Positions 1 through 7,730 of a stretch of 26,098 nucleotides of DNA are shown piece by piece; the first letter of the stretch is position 1, and each line of letters opens with the position of its first letter. Made by a program: the position numbers and the translations under genes. The stretch lies in IMG/VR virus record IMGVR_UViG_3300023213_000092, positions 1 through 26,098 of that record. The stretch is one strand, 5' to 3'. This stretch comes from a virus. Taxonomy: Duplodnaviria; Caudoviricetes. The notes below the pieces were generated by a model. The model was given only the letters and a program-made list of their open reading frames with translations. It did no database searches and had not been told where the DNA came from.

Positions 1-26
1 CCCGTTCGCGTTTTTCCGCAAAATTG
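1..26. other. Possible cos-proximal packaging motif
   Basis: CGCGTTTTTCCGCAAAATT lies directly upstream of the first gene of the ParB-to-terminase operon, where 3'-cos phages with P27-type TerS have cos. Resemblance is from memory only. Confidence 0.3.
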
Positions 27-38
27 GAGTGGCCTACC

Positions 39-632
39 ATGCCTGTACACCTGCGCAACCGCGTCGTAGAGCGGCGCAAGGTGCGCGGACGCGACCTCCT
101 GGAGAACCCTGCTAACTGGAGGCAGCACCCCAAGGCCCAGCGGGAGGCATTGGCGGCCGTTCTGGCGGAGATCGGCCAGGCTGGGGAACTCTTGGCGTAC
201 CATTCGACACGCAACGGGGGTCAGCTCACCCTCATCGACGGTCATCTGCGGGCGAAGGAATTCGGGGAGGCGGAATGGGATGTGGCCATTACGGATTTGA
301 CGGACGAGGAAGCGGACAAGCTGCTGGCAGTGCACGATCCTCTGGCGGCGATGGCGACGACGAACAAGAAAGCGTTGGCCAGACTACTCGGCGATCAGGA
401 TTGGAAGCAGAAGGGCACCGCCGGACTGCTGGACGCGCTGCAGGCCTCGACAAGGGAGGCCGAGGTCAGACTCAGGCCCGTGGATGTGCAGCGGCCCCCG
501 AAAATGACCTGGGTGTTGCTGGGCATCCCAACCGTTCGCTTCGGTGAAATAGCCGAGCAGATAGAACGACTGGCGGCTATCGAGGGCATCGTCTGCGAAT
601 CGACGGTGGGCGATGGTGACCAAGACGGATAA
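39..632 (+). CDS. ParB/Srx N-terminal-domain protein
   Basis: NPANWRQH and LIDGHLR motifs typical of phage ParB-N domains. ATG at 39 preceded by GGAG. Confidence 0.8.
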   Translation: MPVHLRNRVVERRKVRGRDLLENPANWRQHPKAQREALAAVLAEIGQAGELLAYHSTRNGGQLTLIDGHLRAKEFGEAEWDVAITDLTDEEADKLLAVHDPLAAMATTNKKALARLLGDQDWKQKGTAGLLDALQASTREAEVRLRPVDVQRPPKMTWVLLGIPTVRFGEIAEQIERLAAIEGIVCESTVGDGDQDG

Positions 633-1182
633 TCACGATCCGGCCGCCAAGCTGGAGTTGCGGCGCTGGTTTCTCCGCGAGTATCATGCGGTGGGTCCGC
701 TGGATGTACTCGACTGCTGTCAGGGCAGCGGCCACCTGTGGGGGCAGCTGCGCCAGGAATTCCAGGTCGATCGTTATTGGGGGCTGGACACCAAGCCCAA
801 GCAAGGCCGGCTCAAGCTCGATTCGATGCGGGTGCTGGCGCAACCGGGCTGGACACAGAATGTCATCGACATAGATACGTATGGAAGTCCGTGGAAACAT
901 TGGCTGGCCCTCTTGCCCAACCTGACTCAGCCCACCACCGTCTTTTTGACGATTGGCCAGCTGCGGATCGGGGGCGGACAAGTGGACCGCATCGCGCTGG
1001 AATCGGTAGGCATCGGTGGCCTGAAGCTACCGCAATCCCTGGGAACCAAGCTGCATGATTTCGCCGTAAGATATTGCTTGACAAGATGTTATGATTATGG
1101 TTTAATAACTGTATCGGCCATGGAGAGTGTCTCGGATGGCAACGCCCGCTACGTCGGGATTCGCCTGGAAAAGAGAGACTAG
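613..1182 (+). CDS. Class I SAM-dependent methyltransferase-like protein (Trm1/TcmP-like motifs)
   Basis: Motif I-like VLDCCQGSG, YWGLD, and motif IV-like IDIDTYGSPW. Overlaps the upstream gene and abuts DUF5131. Confidence 0.65.
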   Translation: MVTKTDNHDPAAKLELRRWFLREYHAVGPLDVLDCCQGSGHLWGQLRQEFQVDRYWGLDTKPKQGRLKLDSMRVLAQPGWTQNVIDIDTYGSPWKHWLALLPNLTQPTTVFLTIGQLRIGGGQVDRIALESVGIGGLKLPQSLGTKLHDFAVRYCLTRCYDYGLITVSAMESVSDGNARYVGIRLEKRD

Positions 1183-1184
1183 CT

Positions 1185-1943
1185 ATGTCGGAAAAGACCC
1201 TGATCGCCTGGACGGACCACACATTCAATGTCGCCTGGGGCTGCACCAAGGTCAGTCCCGGCTGTAAGAACTGCTACGCCGACGAACTCAGCGAGCGGTA
1301 TGGATTCGACGTCTGGGGTGCGGGCAAGGCACGACGGACATTCGGCGCCAAGCACTGGCAGGAGCCGGAGAAGTGGCAACAGCGGGCGGCGGCGGAGGGA
1401 CAGAGCCGGCGGGTCTTCTGCTCGTCGATGTGCGATGTGTTCGAGGACCATCCCACCATCACACGTGAGCGCCGCAAGCTCTGGGACCTGATCCGCCGCA
1501 CTCCCCTGCTCGACTGGCAGCTCCTGACCAAGCGGCCCGAGCGCATCGCCGGCAACCTGCCACCCGAGTGGGGCGCCGGCTGGCCGAATGTCTGGCTCGG
1601 TACGACCATCGAGAACGCCGACTACGCCGGGCGTGCCGACACCCTGCGCCGTATCCCGGCGGCGGTGCGATTCATCAGCTACGAACCGGCGCTCGGCCCG
1701 CTGGCCCACGCGCTGGACCTGGCCGGCATCCATCAGGTCATTTACGGCGGCGAGTCGGGCGCGCATTATCGCCCCGAAGACAAGCAGTGGGCGCGGGACA
1801 TGCGCGCCAAGTGCCAGGCGGAAGGCGTGGCCTTCTTCCACAAGCAATCGGCCGCGCGCTTCACGGAGCGCGGCATTGAGCTGGACGGCGAAATCGTCCG
1901 CGAGTACCCGCGGCCACGGCGATTGGCGCTGGCCATGTGTTGA
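1185..1943 (+). CDS. DUF5131 (phage Gp37/Gp68) three-Cys, radical-SAM-like protein
   Basis: IAWTDHTFN, GCTKVSPGCKNCYA, VFCSSMCDVF, LLTKRPER, NVWLGTTIE, SYEPALG, GGESG, FFHKQ. Confidence 0.93.
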   Translation: MSEKTLIAWTDHTFNVAWGCTKVSPGCKNCYADELSERYGFDVWGAGKARRTFGAKHWQEPEKWQQRAAAEGQSRRVFCSSMCDVFEDHPTITRERRKLWDLIRRTPLLDWQLLTKRPERIAGNLPPEWGAGWPNVWLGTTIENADYAGRADTLRRIPAAVRFISYEPALGPLAHALDLAGIHQVIYGGESGAHYRPEDKQWARDMRAKCQAEGVAFFHKQSAARFTERGIELDGEIVREYPRPRRLALAMC

Positions 1944-1953
1944 CGGAGGGTCA

Positions 1954-2424
1954 ATGGGGAGAGGCCGAAAACCAGTACCGACCCATCTCAAGATTTTGCG
2001 CGGCAATCCCGGCAAGCGGCCGCTCCCGGAAGGCGAGCCGCAGCCGGGGCGTGTGCTGCCAACGTGCCCCAAACATCTCGACGCCGAAGCGAAACGCGAG
2101 TGGAAGCGCATCGCTCGAGAGTTGTACGTGCTCGGCCTGCTCTCGCGCCTCGACCGCGCCGCCCTGGCCGCCTATTGTCAGGTGTGGTCGCGTTGGGTGC
2201 GTGCCGAGGAGGCCCTGGCCAAGACGGGCGAATTGACGATGGCCGGCGACACCATCGCGATCAATCCCTACCTCCACGTGGCCAATCGTGCTCTCCGCGA
2301 GATGCACTCGTTTCTGTCCGAGTTCGGCATGACGCCTGCGGCGCGGACACGCATCAAGGCGCAGCCGGCAGCGGGAGAGGATGCGCTGGCGGCATTCCTG
2401 GGAGCGGCGGCAATCGCACAATGA
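1954..2424 (+). CDS. terS: Terminase small subunit, P27 family
   Basis: MGRGRKPVPTHLKILRGNPGKRPL, LAAYC, NPYL, EFGMTPAARTRI. SD GGAGG before ATG 1954. Confidence 0.95.
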   Translation: MGRGRKPVPTHLKILRGNPGKRPLPEGEPQPGRVLPTCPKHLDAEAKREWKRIARELYVLGLLSRLDRAALAAYCQVWSRWVRAEEALAKTGELTMAGDTIAINPYLHVANRALREMHSFLSEFGMTPAARTRIKAQPAAGEDALAAFLGAAAIAQ

Positions 2425-4055
2425 TCGATGCCCTGACGCGATCGCTGATCCGCACCAAGGCCGATGAGGCGGCCGTCGCCGAGGGCTGCCGCGTCGATAG
2501 CCGCCGCGCCGAGCGGGTGCGGACGTTTCTGCGCACGTTTTGCGCCCACAGCAAAGGGGAGTGGGCCGGTAAGCCGTTTGAGCTGCTGGAGTGGCAATGG
2601 CATGATGTGGTTCTGCCCTTGCTCGGTTGGGTGCGGCCCGATGGCACGCGGCGGTTTCGCCGGGCCTACATCGAGATCCCCAAAAAGAACGGCAAATCGA
2701 CGCTGGCCTCCGGCATCGGCCTGTATCTGCTCATTGGCGACGGCGAGCCGGGGGCTGAGGTATACTCGGCGGCCACCGACCGCGAGCAAGCCTCGATCGT
2801 CCACGGCGAGGCCGTGCGGATGGTGCAGGCCTCGCCGTCGCTGGGCAAGTACCTGGAAATCAACAAGACCACGCACAACATCGCCTTTGCACGCACGAAT
2901 AGCTGGTATCGTGCCCTGTCGGCCGAGGCGGAGACCAAGGAAGGGCTGAATGCCCACGCCATCATTATCGACGAGCTGCACGCCTGGAAGGGGCGGCGGC
3001 TGTGGGACACGCTCCGCTACGCCGGCCGGGCCCGGCGCCAGCCGTTGCTTTTCGTCATCACCACGGCGGGCGATGACGTGCACTCGGTCTGCTATGAGCA
3101 GCACGGCTATGCGCGCGGCATCCTGCGCGGTCGAATCATCGACACGCGCACCTTCGCCCACATCCGTGCCGCCTGTCAGCGTACCGAGGGGGACGAGGCC
3201 GACGACGATTGGACCGATCCGGAGACCTGGCGACGGGCCAACCCCTCCTTCGGCGTGACCATCAAGGAGGACGACTTCGCCGCCGAGGTCGAGGAAGCCA
3301 AGAAGCTGCCCAGCTCCGAGGCGAGCTTCAAGCGCTATTCGCTCAACGTCTGGGCGACCTCGACGAACCCTTGGCTTCGCGCGGAGGATTGGACCAAGTG
3401 CCAGCGGACCTATGCGGAGGATGATCTGCTCGGCTGTCGCTGTTATGGCGGACTCGACCTGGCCAGCGTGAGCGACCTGTGTGCGTTCGTGCTGTGCTTC
3501 CCCTGGGATGAGGATCTCTACCGCCTGCTGAGCTATTTCTGGCTGCCGGAGGAGACGGTGCAGAGCAAGGACGCGCCGGAGCAGTATCGCGTCTGGGCGC
3601 GGGCGGGGCTGTTGCGGACGACGCCGGGCAACGTCACCGACTATGCCTGCGTCAAGCGTGACATCGGCGAGCTGGGCCGTAAATTCCGCATCGCGGAATT
3701 CGCCTTCGACCCGTGGAACGCCGAGAAAACCACTCAGGAGATCGAGGAGGAGTTCGGCATCAAGCGCTGCGCGTTCGGGCAGACGATCGGCAATTTCGCC
3801 CCGGCCTGCCAGGCGTTCGAGCGGCTGCTCCTTGGCGGCAAGCTCCAGAACAATGGCAACCCGATTTTGGCGTGGCAAGCCGGGCACGTGCAGGTGCGCA
3901 CGGACCCCAGTGGCAACAAGCGGCCGGTCAAGCCGGAGCAGGGCGACCGGCGGAAGATCGACGGCATCGTGGCTGCCCTGATGGCGCTGGCCCGAGCCAC
4001 ACTCAGCGCTGAGGGGCCGAGCCGTTATGAAACTCAGGGGATCGCGTTTCTATGA
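2421..4055 (+). CDS. terL: Terminase large subunit
   Basis: Walker A IPKKNGKST, Walker B IIIDELH, ITTAG, nuclease GGLDLAS and KIDGIVA. ATGA overlap with terS. Confidence 0.97.
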   Translation: MIDALTRSLIRTKADEAAVAEGCRVDSRRAERVRTFLRTFCAHSKGEWAGKPFELLEWQWHDVVLPLLGWVRPDGTRRFRRAYIEIPKKNGKSTLASGIGLYLLIGDGEPGAEVYSAATDREQASIVHGEAVRMVQASPSLGKYLEINKTTHNIAFARTNSWYRALSAEAETKEGLNAHAIIIDELHAWKGRRLWDTLRYAGRARRQPLLFVITTAGDDVHSVCYEQHGYARGILRGRIIDTRTFAHIRAACQRTEGDEADDDWTDPETWRRANPSFGVTIKEDDFAAEVEEAKKLPSSEASFKRYSLNVWATSTNPWLRAEDWTKCQRTYAEDDLLGCRCYGGLDLASVSDLCAFVLCFPWDEDLYRLLSYFWLPEETVQSKDAPEQYRVWARAGLLRTTPGNVTDYACVKRDIGELGRKFRIAEFAFDPWNAEKTTQEIEEEFGIKRCAFGQTIGNFAPACQAFERLLLGGKLQNNGNPILAWQAGHVQVRTDPSGNKRPVKPEQGDRRKIDGIVAALMALARATLSAEGPSRYETQGIAFL

Positions 4056-4213
4056 GAGAGATGTGGGACTGGACGGCCGGTGCGGGGCTGCTCTTGAGCT
4101 GCTTGGCCCTGTGGTGGATTTATCCGCCGCTGGCCTTGCTCGTTTTGGGGTTATCGCTGCTGGCGCTGGGACTCTGGGGAGCGCGTACATGGGCCAGAAG
4201 CGGCCGCGAGTGA
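4052..4213 (+). CDS. Small membrane protein (53 aa, not in ORF track)
   Basis: MREMWDWTAGAGLLLSCLALWWIYPPLALLVLGLSLLALGLWGARTWARSGRE. ATGA overlap with the terL stop and GTGA overlap with the next gene. Two hydrophobic segments. Confidence 0.75.
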   Translation: MREMWDWTAGAGLLLSCLALWWIYPPLALLVLGLSLLALGLWGARTWARSGRE

Positions 4214-4404
4214 TTGGCCTATACACCAAGCTGCTGCGCAGGCATGTCCGCATCCTGGGCTGTGCGCCGAACGCGCGCGAGATGGGGCGAATGGGCGAGA
4301 TCGTCTCGGTGTATCTCACGGCCGGCGGCCCGCGCTACACCGTGATGCTCAAGGATGGCCGGCTGATCGAATCCTCGGGGGAGGGGATCATAGTCGAGAG
4401 GTAG
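4210..4404 (+). CDS. Small hypothetical protein (64 aa, beta-rich, possibly SH3-like)
   Basis: GTG start overlapping the upstream stop. GEIVSVYL...RYTVMLKDG pattern. Ends 3 nt before portal. Confidence 0.55.
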   Translation: MIGLYTKLLRRHVRILGCAPNAREMGRMGEIVSVYLTAGGPRYTVMLKDGRLIESSGEGIIVER

Positions 4405-4407
4405 TGA

Positions 4408-6492
4408 ATGGGTTTGCTCACCGAAATCTTTCGCCGCTCGCTGGAGAACCCCTCCACGCCGCTGAGCGCTCCCGATGACTGGCTGTTCGACAGCCTCGGC
4501 AGCTTCCGGGCCAGCTCCGGCGTCAACGTCAACCGCGAGACGCTGCTGACCTGGGACGCCTACTGGCGCTGCGTCAACCTCATCTCCGGCGATGCGGCCA
4601 AGCTACCTTTGTGCGTGTACCAGAAGACCGACACGGGCAAGCAGCACGCCACCGATCACGACGCCTATCGGCTGCTCCGCTACAAGAGCTGTCCGGAGCT
4701 GATGGCCCTGATGCTCAAGCGGGTGCTGACCTTCCACGGCCTCTCCGAGGGCAACGGCTATGCCTACATCCTCCGCGACAAGGCGGGGCGGCCGCTGGAG
4801 CTGTGGCCCCTGTCGCCCATGAAGACCTATCCCGTCCGCGAGGACAGCACGCTCTGGTACGTGACGGAGGTCAACGCCCAGCAGCGGAAAATCCGCAGCG
4901 AAAACATTTTCCATCTCAAAGGTTTGTCTTTTGACGGCTTGGTCGGTTACTCGGCCGTCTCGAAAATCCGCGAGACGGGCGGCATGGCCCTGGCGACCGA
5001 GAACTTCGGTTCGATCTTCTTTCGCAACAATGCGCGCCCGAACGTCGTGCTCAAGCACCCCGGCCGCCTGAAGCCGGAGGCCAAGCAGAACCTGCGCGAA
5101 TCGTGGGAGCGCATGCACTCGGGCCTGGAAAACGCCCATCGGACCGCCGTCTTGGAAGAGGGCATGGACATCGTCACCTTGCAGCACAATGCCCGCGATG
5201 CGCAGCTGTTGGAGCTGAAGGGTTTCACGCGCCTCCAGGTCGCTAATTTCTTCGGCGTGCCGCCGCACAAGGTCGGCGATAGCTCCCGCACCAGCTACAA
5301 CTCGCTGGAGCAGGAGAACGAGGCGTATCTCGACGATGGGCACGGCCTGGGCTACTGGCTGGCGGCCTGGGAGGCCGAGGCGTGGGACAAGCTGCTCTCC
5401 GAAGAGGAGAAGGACAGCCTGAGCCACACCGTCGAGTTCGACCGTTCGGGCCTGCTGCGCGCGAACCTGGGCGCGCGCACCACCTACTACACGGCGATGC
5501 TGACCAATGGGGTCCTCTCTCCCAACGAGGTCCGCGCCCAGGAGGGACTGAACCCGCGCGACGGTGGCGACGATTACCTGACGCCCCTGAACCTGAGCAA
5601 CGGTGCCGACCAGGGCGGCGCGGGCGATGAGGACCCGGGGCCCGACCCCGGCCAGACGCCCGATCGCGCCGTGCCGCTGCGGCTGATCGACGCGCACCGC
5701 GAGCTGCTCACGGATGCTCTGGCCCGCATGGCGCATCGGCTGGCGTTTCACGCCCGGCGTGCGGCGAAGAAGCCGGGCGAATTTCTGGGCTGGCTCGATC
5801 AGCTCGACGGCGAACATCGCGAGGTCATCGCCGCGGCCCTGGCCCCGGCGGTCACGGCGGGCGCGGTCCTGCTCGACGAAATCCGCTCGCCGGCGGCCGT
5901 GACCGAGGAGCTGCTCGGCACCTTCCGCGCCGAGCTGCTCACCCTGGCCGGAGCGACCAGGGCCAGGGAGCTGGAGGCGGCGGTCGAGGCGTTCTGCACG
6001 CGCTGGGAGGGTCAGACGCCGCGGCAGCTCGCCGGTGAGCTACTGCTGCGCGCCGTCGATGAGCCAGGTCGCTCGGTTGAGGACGCCCTGGCCATTCTGG
6101 AGCAAATACCCGAGCGCCGCGCGGGCACGATCCTGCCGCCGTTCCCCGTCAATCAGCAGGTGCCTTATCTGCTGACCGCGGAACGGCTGCGCGATCTGTG
6201 GGCGGCGGACCAGGTGGTCAAGGGCAAGGTCCGCCTCCGCGAGCTGATCGCCACCCAGGACTGGGTCATCAAGGACGTGCTGCGGCAACATCTGAAGGAC
6301 GAGACGACGCCCGTCGATCCGTTCAACATCGAGGGCTCGCCGGACGACCGGCCCTACATCGTGCAGTGCCAGGGGCTGTTGTGGGTCTACGACGGGCACC
6401 ATCGGCTGAGCGCGAAGCACCTGCGGGCGATCAGCAAGACGAAGGCATACGTCGTCGCGGGTGACGCGAAGGGCCTGCTACGGGGAGGTTGA
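4408..6492 (+). CDS. HK97-family portal protein with approx. 295-aa C-terminal extension ending in a ParB/Srx-like domain
   Basis: GNGYAYI, IFHLKGLSFDGLVGYS, FFRNNARP, VLEEGM, FFGVPPHKVG, SYNSLEQ, PNEVRAQEGLNP, GGDDYLTPLN. Later LIATQDWV...YDGHHRL. Confidence 0.93.
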   Translation: MGLLTEIFRRSLENPSTPLSAPDDWLFDSLGSFRASSGVNVNRETLLTWDAYWRCVNLISGDAAKLPLCVYQKTDTGKQHATDHDAYRLLRYKSCPELMALMLKRVLTFHGLSEGNGYAYILRDKAGRPLELWPLSPMKTYPVREDSTLWYVTEVNAQQRKIRSENIFHLKGLSFDGLVGYSAVSKIRETGGMALATENFGSIFFRNNARPNVVLKHPGRLKPEAKQNLRESWERMHSGLENAHRTAVLEEGMDIVTLQHNARDAQLLELKGFTRLQVANFFGVPPHKVGDSSRTSYNSLEQENEAYLDDGHGLGYWLAAWEAEAWDKLLSEEEKDSLSHTVEFDRSGLLRANLGARTTYYTAMLTNGVLSPNEVRAQEGLNPRDGGDDYLTPLNLSNGADQGGAGDEDPGPDPGQTPDRAVPLRLIDAHRELLTDALARMAHRLAFHARRAAKKPGEFLGWLDQLDGEHREVIAAALAPAVTAGAVLLDEIRSPAAVTEELLGTFRAELLTLAGATRARELEAAVEAFCTRWEGQTPRQLAGELLLRAVDEPGRSVEDALAILEQIPERRAGTILPPFPVNQQVPYLLTAERLRDLWAADQVVKGKVRLRELIATQDWVIKDVLRQHLKDETTPVDPFNIEGSPDDRPYIVQCQGLLWVYDGHHRLSAKHLRAISKTKAYVVAGDAKGLLRGG

Positions 6493-6493
6493 C

Positions 6494-6682
6494 ATGCTGA
6501 GACCGGGTCAGATCACCCTGCAATGGGACGGGCAGGGGCACCTGAAATTAGCGGCCCCGATGGACCAAAAAGAGACCTGCTACATCATGCTGGCCGAAGC
6601 CGTGAAGGCCATCGTCAACTATCAGGCCGGCCTGGCCCTGCCCGGCAATGTGCCCATCCGCGACCTGTACAATCGCAATTAG
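6494..6682 (+). CDS. Small hypothetical protein (62 aa)
   Basis: Strong SD GGAGGT before ATG 6494. Fills the gap between portal and protease. Confidence 0.65.
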   Translation: MLRPGQITLQWDGQGHLKLAAPMDQKETCYIMLAEAVKAIVNYQAGLALPGNVPIRDLYNRN

Positions 6683-6710
6683 GGGCCAGCCGCAGAAAGC
6701 GAGGACGGAA

Positions 6711-7355
6711 ATGGAACGGCGTTTCCTGACGGGCCGCGAGGGCCGCGAGGTCCGCGTCGAGCAGCGCGGCAGCGATCCGCCGATCATCGCCGGCTATGGG
6801 GCGGTCTACTACGTCGCCGGCGATGCCGGGACGGAGTACGACCTGTTTGGCGACGGCACGCTGATGGAACGGCTCATGCCCGGCTGCTTTGACCGGGCCT
6901 GTCGCGAGTGCGATGTCCGGGCCCTGTTCAATCACGACCCGAATTTAATCCTCGGCCGCAACGTCGCCGGCACGATGACGCTGGCCGCCGACGCGCGCGG
7001 GCTCCGCTACGAGATTCGCGTGGACCCGGATGCACCGCTGGCCCAGGGCGTGCTCAGCGCGATTCGCCGCGGCGATGTGTCCGGCTCGTCGTTCGCCTTC
7101 ACGGTGGTCCGCGAGCAGTACGTCAAGCCTACCCAGAAGGGGCAGCCCTACGTGCGCGAGATCTACGACGTGCAGCTCTACGACGTCGGCCCAGTGGTGT
7201 ATCCGGCCTATGACGGCACCACCACGGCCGTCCGGGCCGCCGGCGACACCGCCGAGGCTCGGGCCGCCTTTGAGGCGTGGCAGAAGAGCCTGGCTGGGCA
7301 GATCACGCGCATGCAAGCCCTCGTCCGCGCCCGCTGTGCCGAGCTGGGGCTGTAA
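6711..7355 (+). CDS. HK97-family prohead protease
   Basis: IAGYGAVY, ALFNHD (catalytic His), GLRYEI, RRGDVSGSSFAF (catalytic Ser), LYDVGPVVYPAY. SD GAGGA. Confidence 0.95.
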   Translation: MERRFLTGREGREVRVEQRGSDPPIIAGYGAVYYVAGDAGTEYDLFGDGTLMERLMPGCFDRACRECDVRALFNHDPNLILGRNVAGTMTLAADARGLRYEIRVDPDAPLAQGVLSAIRRGDVSGSSFAFTVVREQYVKPTQKGQPYVREIYDVQLYDVGPVVYPAYDGTTTAVRAAGDTAEARAAFEAWQKSLAGQITRMQALVRARCAELGL

Positions 7356-7430
7356 AATTCGGCGCTGGGGTGGGACACGGAGGGCGCGCTAAACGTCTAG
7401 TGTAGGTAAAGGGGCACCGCTCCTGGCAAA

Positions 7431-7498
7431 GGCGGCCGGGCCAGTGCTCAGCCGGGGCTCATTACCCCGGTGGCCAGGGGCAGCACCTGGGGCCGACA
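7431..7498 (+). ncRNA. tRNA-like cloverleaf with CAU anticodon (non-canonical or pseudo tRNA-Met)
   Basis: Acceptor GGCGGCC/GGCCGAC (6 of 7 pairs) plus discriminator A. Mini D-arm GGGC-CAGT-GCTC. Anticodon arm CCGGGG-CTCATTA-CCCCGG. T-arm CCAGG-GGCAGCA-CCTGG. No encoded CCA. Confidence 0.72.
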
Positions 7499-7730
7499 TT
7501 GGTTATGAGCCTGGCGTCCGAGGCGGCGATAGAGCCGCGCCGGCGCCGACAATCCGACACACCCCTGCGGCATCGACGCCGACCATTCGACCGAGTCACC
7601 GCGGGGCGACGCAAGTCGTCTGCTGACCATGCAGCGGGCGTTTGCTGGCGAACAGTCCACCGGACTTTCGCCGGGAGGCGCCCGCTGTCTCTTTGGGCCA
7701 TCCCCGGCGAACAACGACCCGAGGATAGCC
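7499..7730 (+). promoter_or_regulatory. Structured leader of the major capsid gene
   Basis: GGCGAC-GCAA-GTCGTC hairpin (7605-7620). Long hairpin 7631-7688 followed by TCTCTTT. SD GAGGA at 7721. Confidence 0.5.

Noticed and set aside
1588-2420. N-terminal extensions in the ORF track for terS, terL, protease, capsid and the 9337, 18642, 19515 and 25541 ORFs
   Set aside because: Downstream ATGs with SD sequences or stop-start overlaps fit family starts better.
7470-7550. A second tRNA-Met on the minus strand around GGCTCATAACC
   Set aside because: Only 2 bp flank the loop on that strand and no cloverleaf forms.
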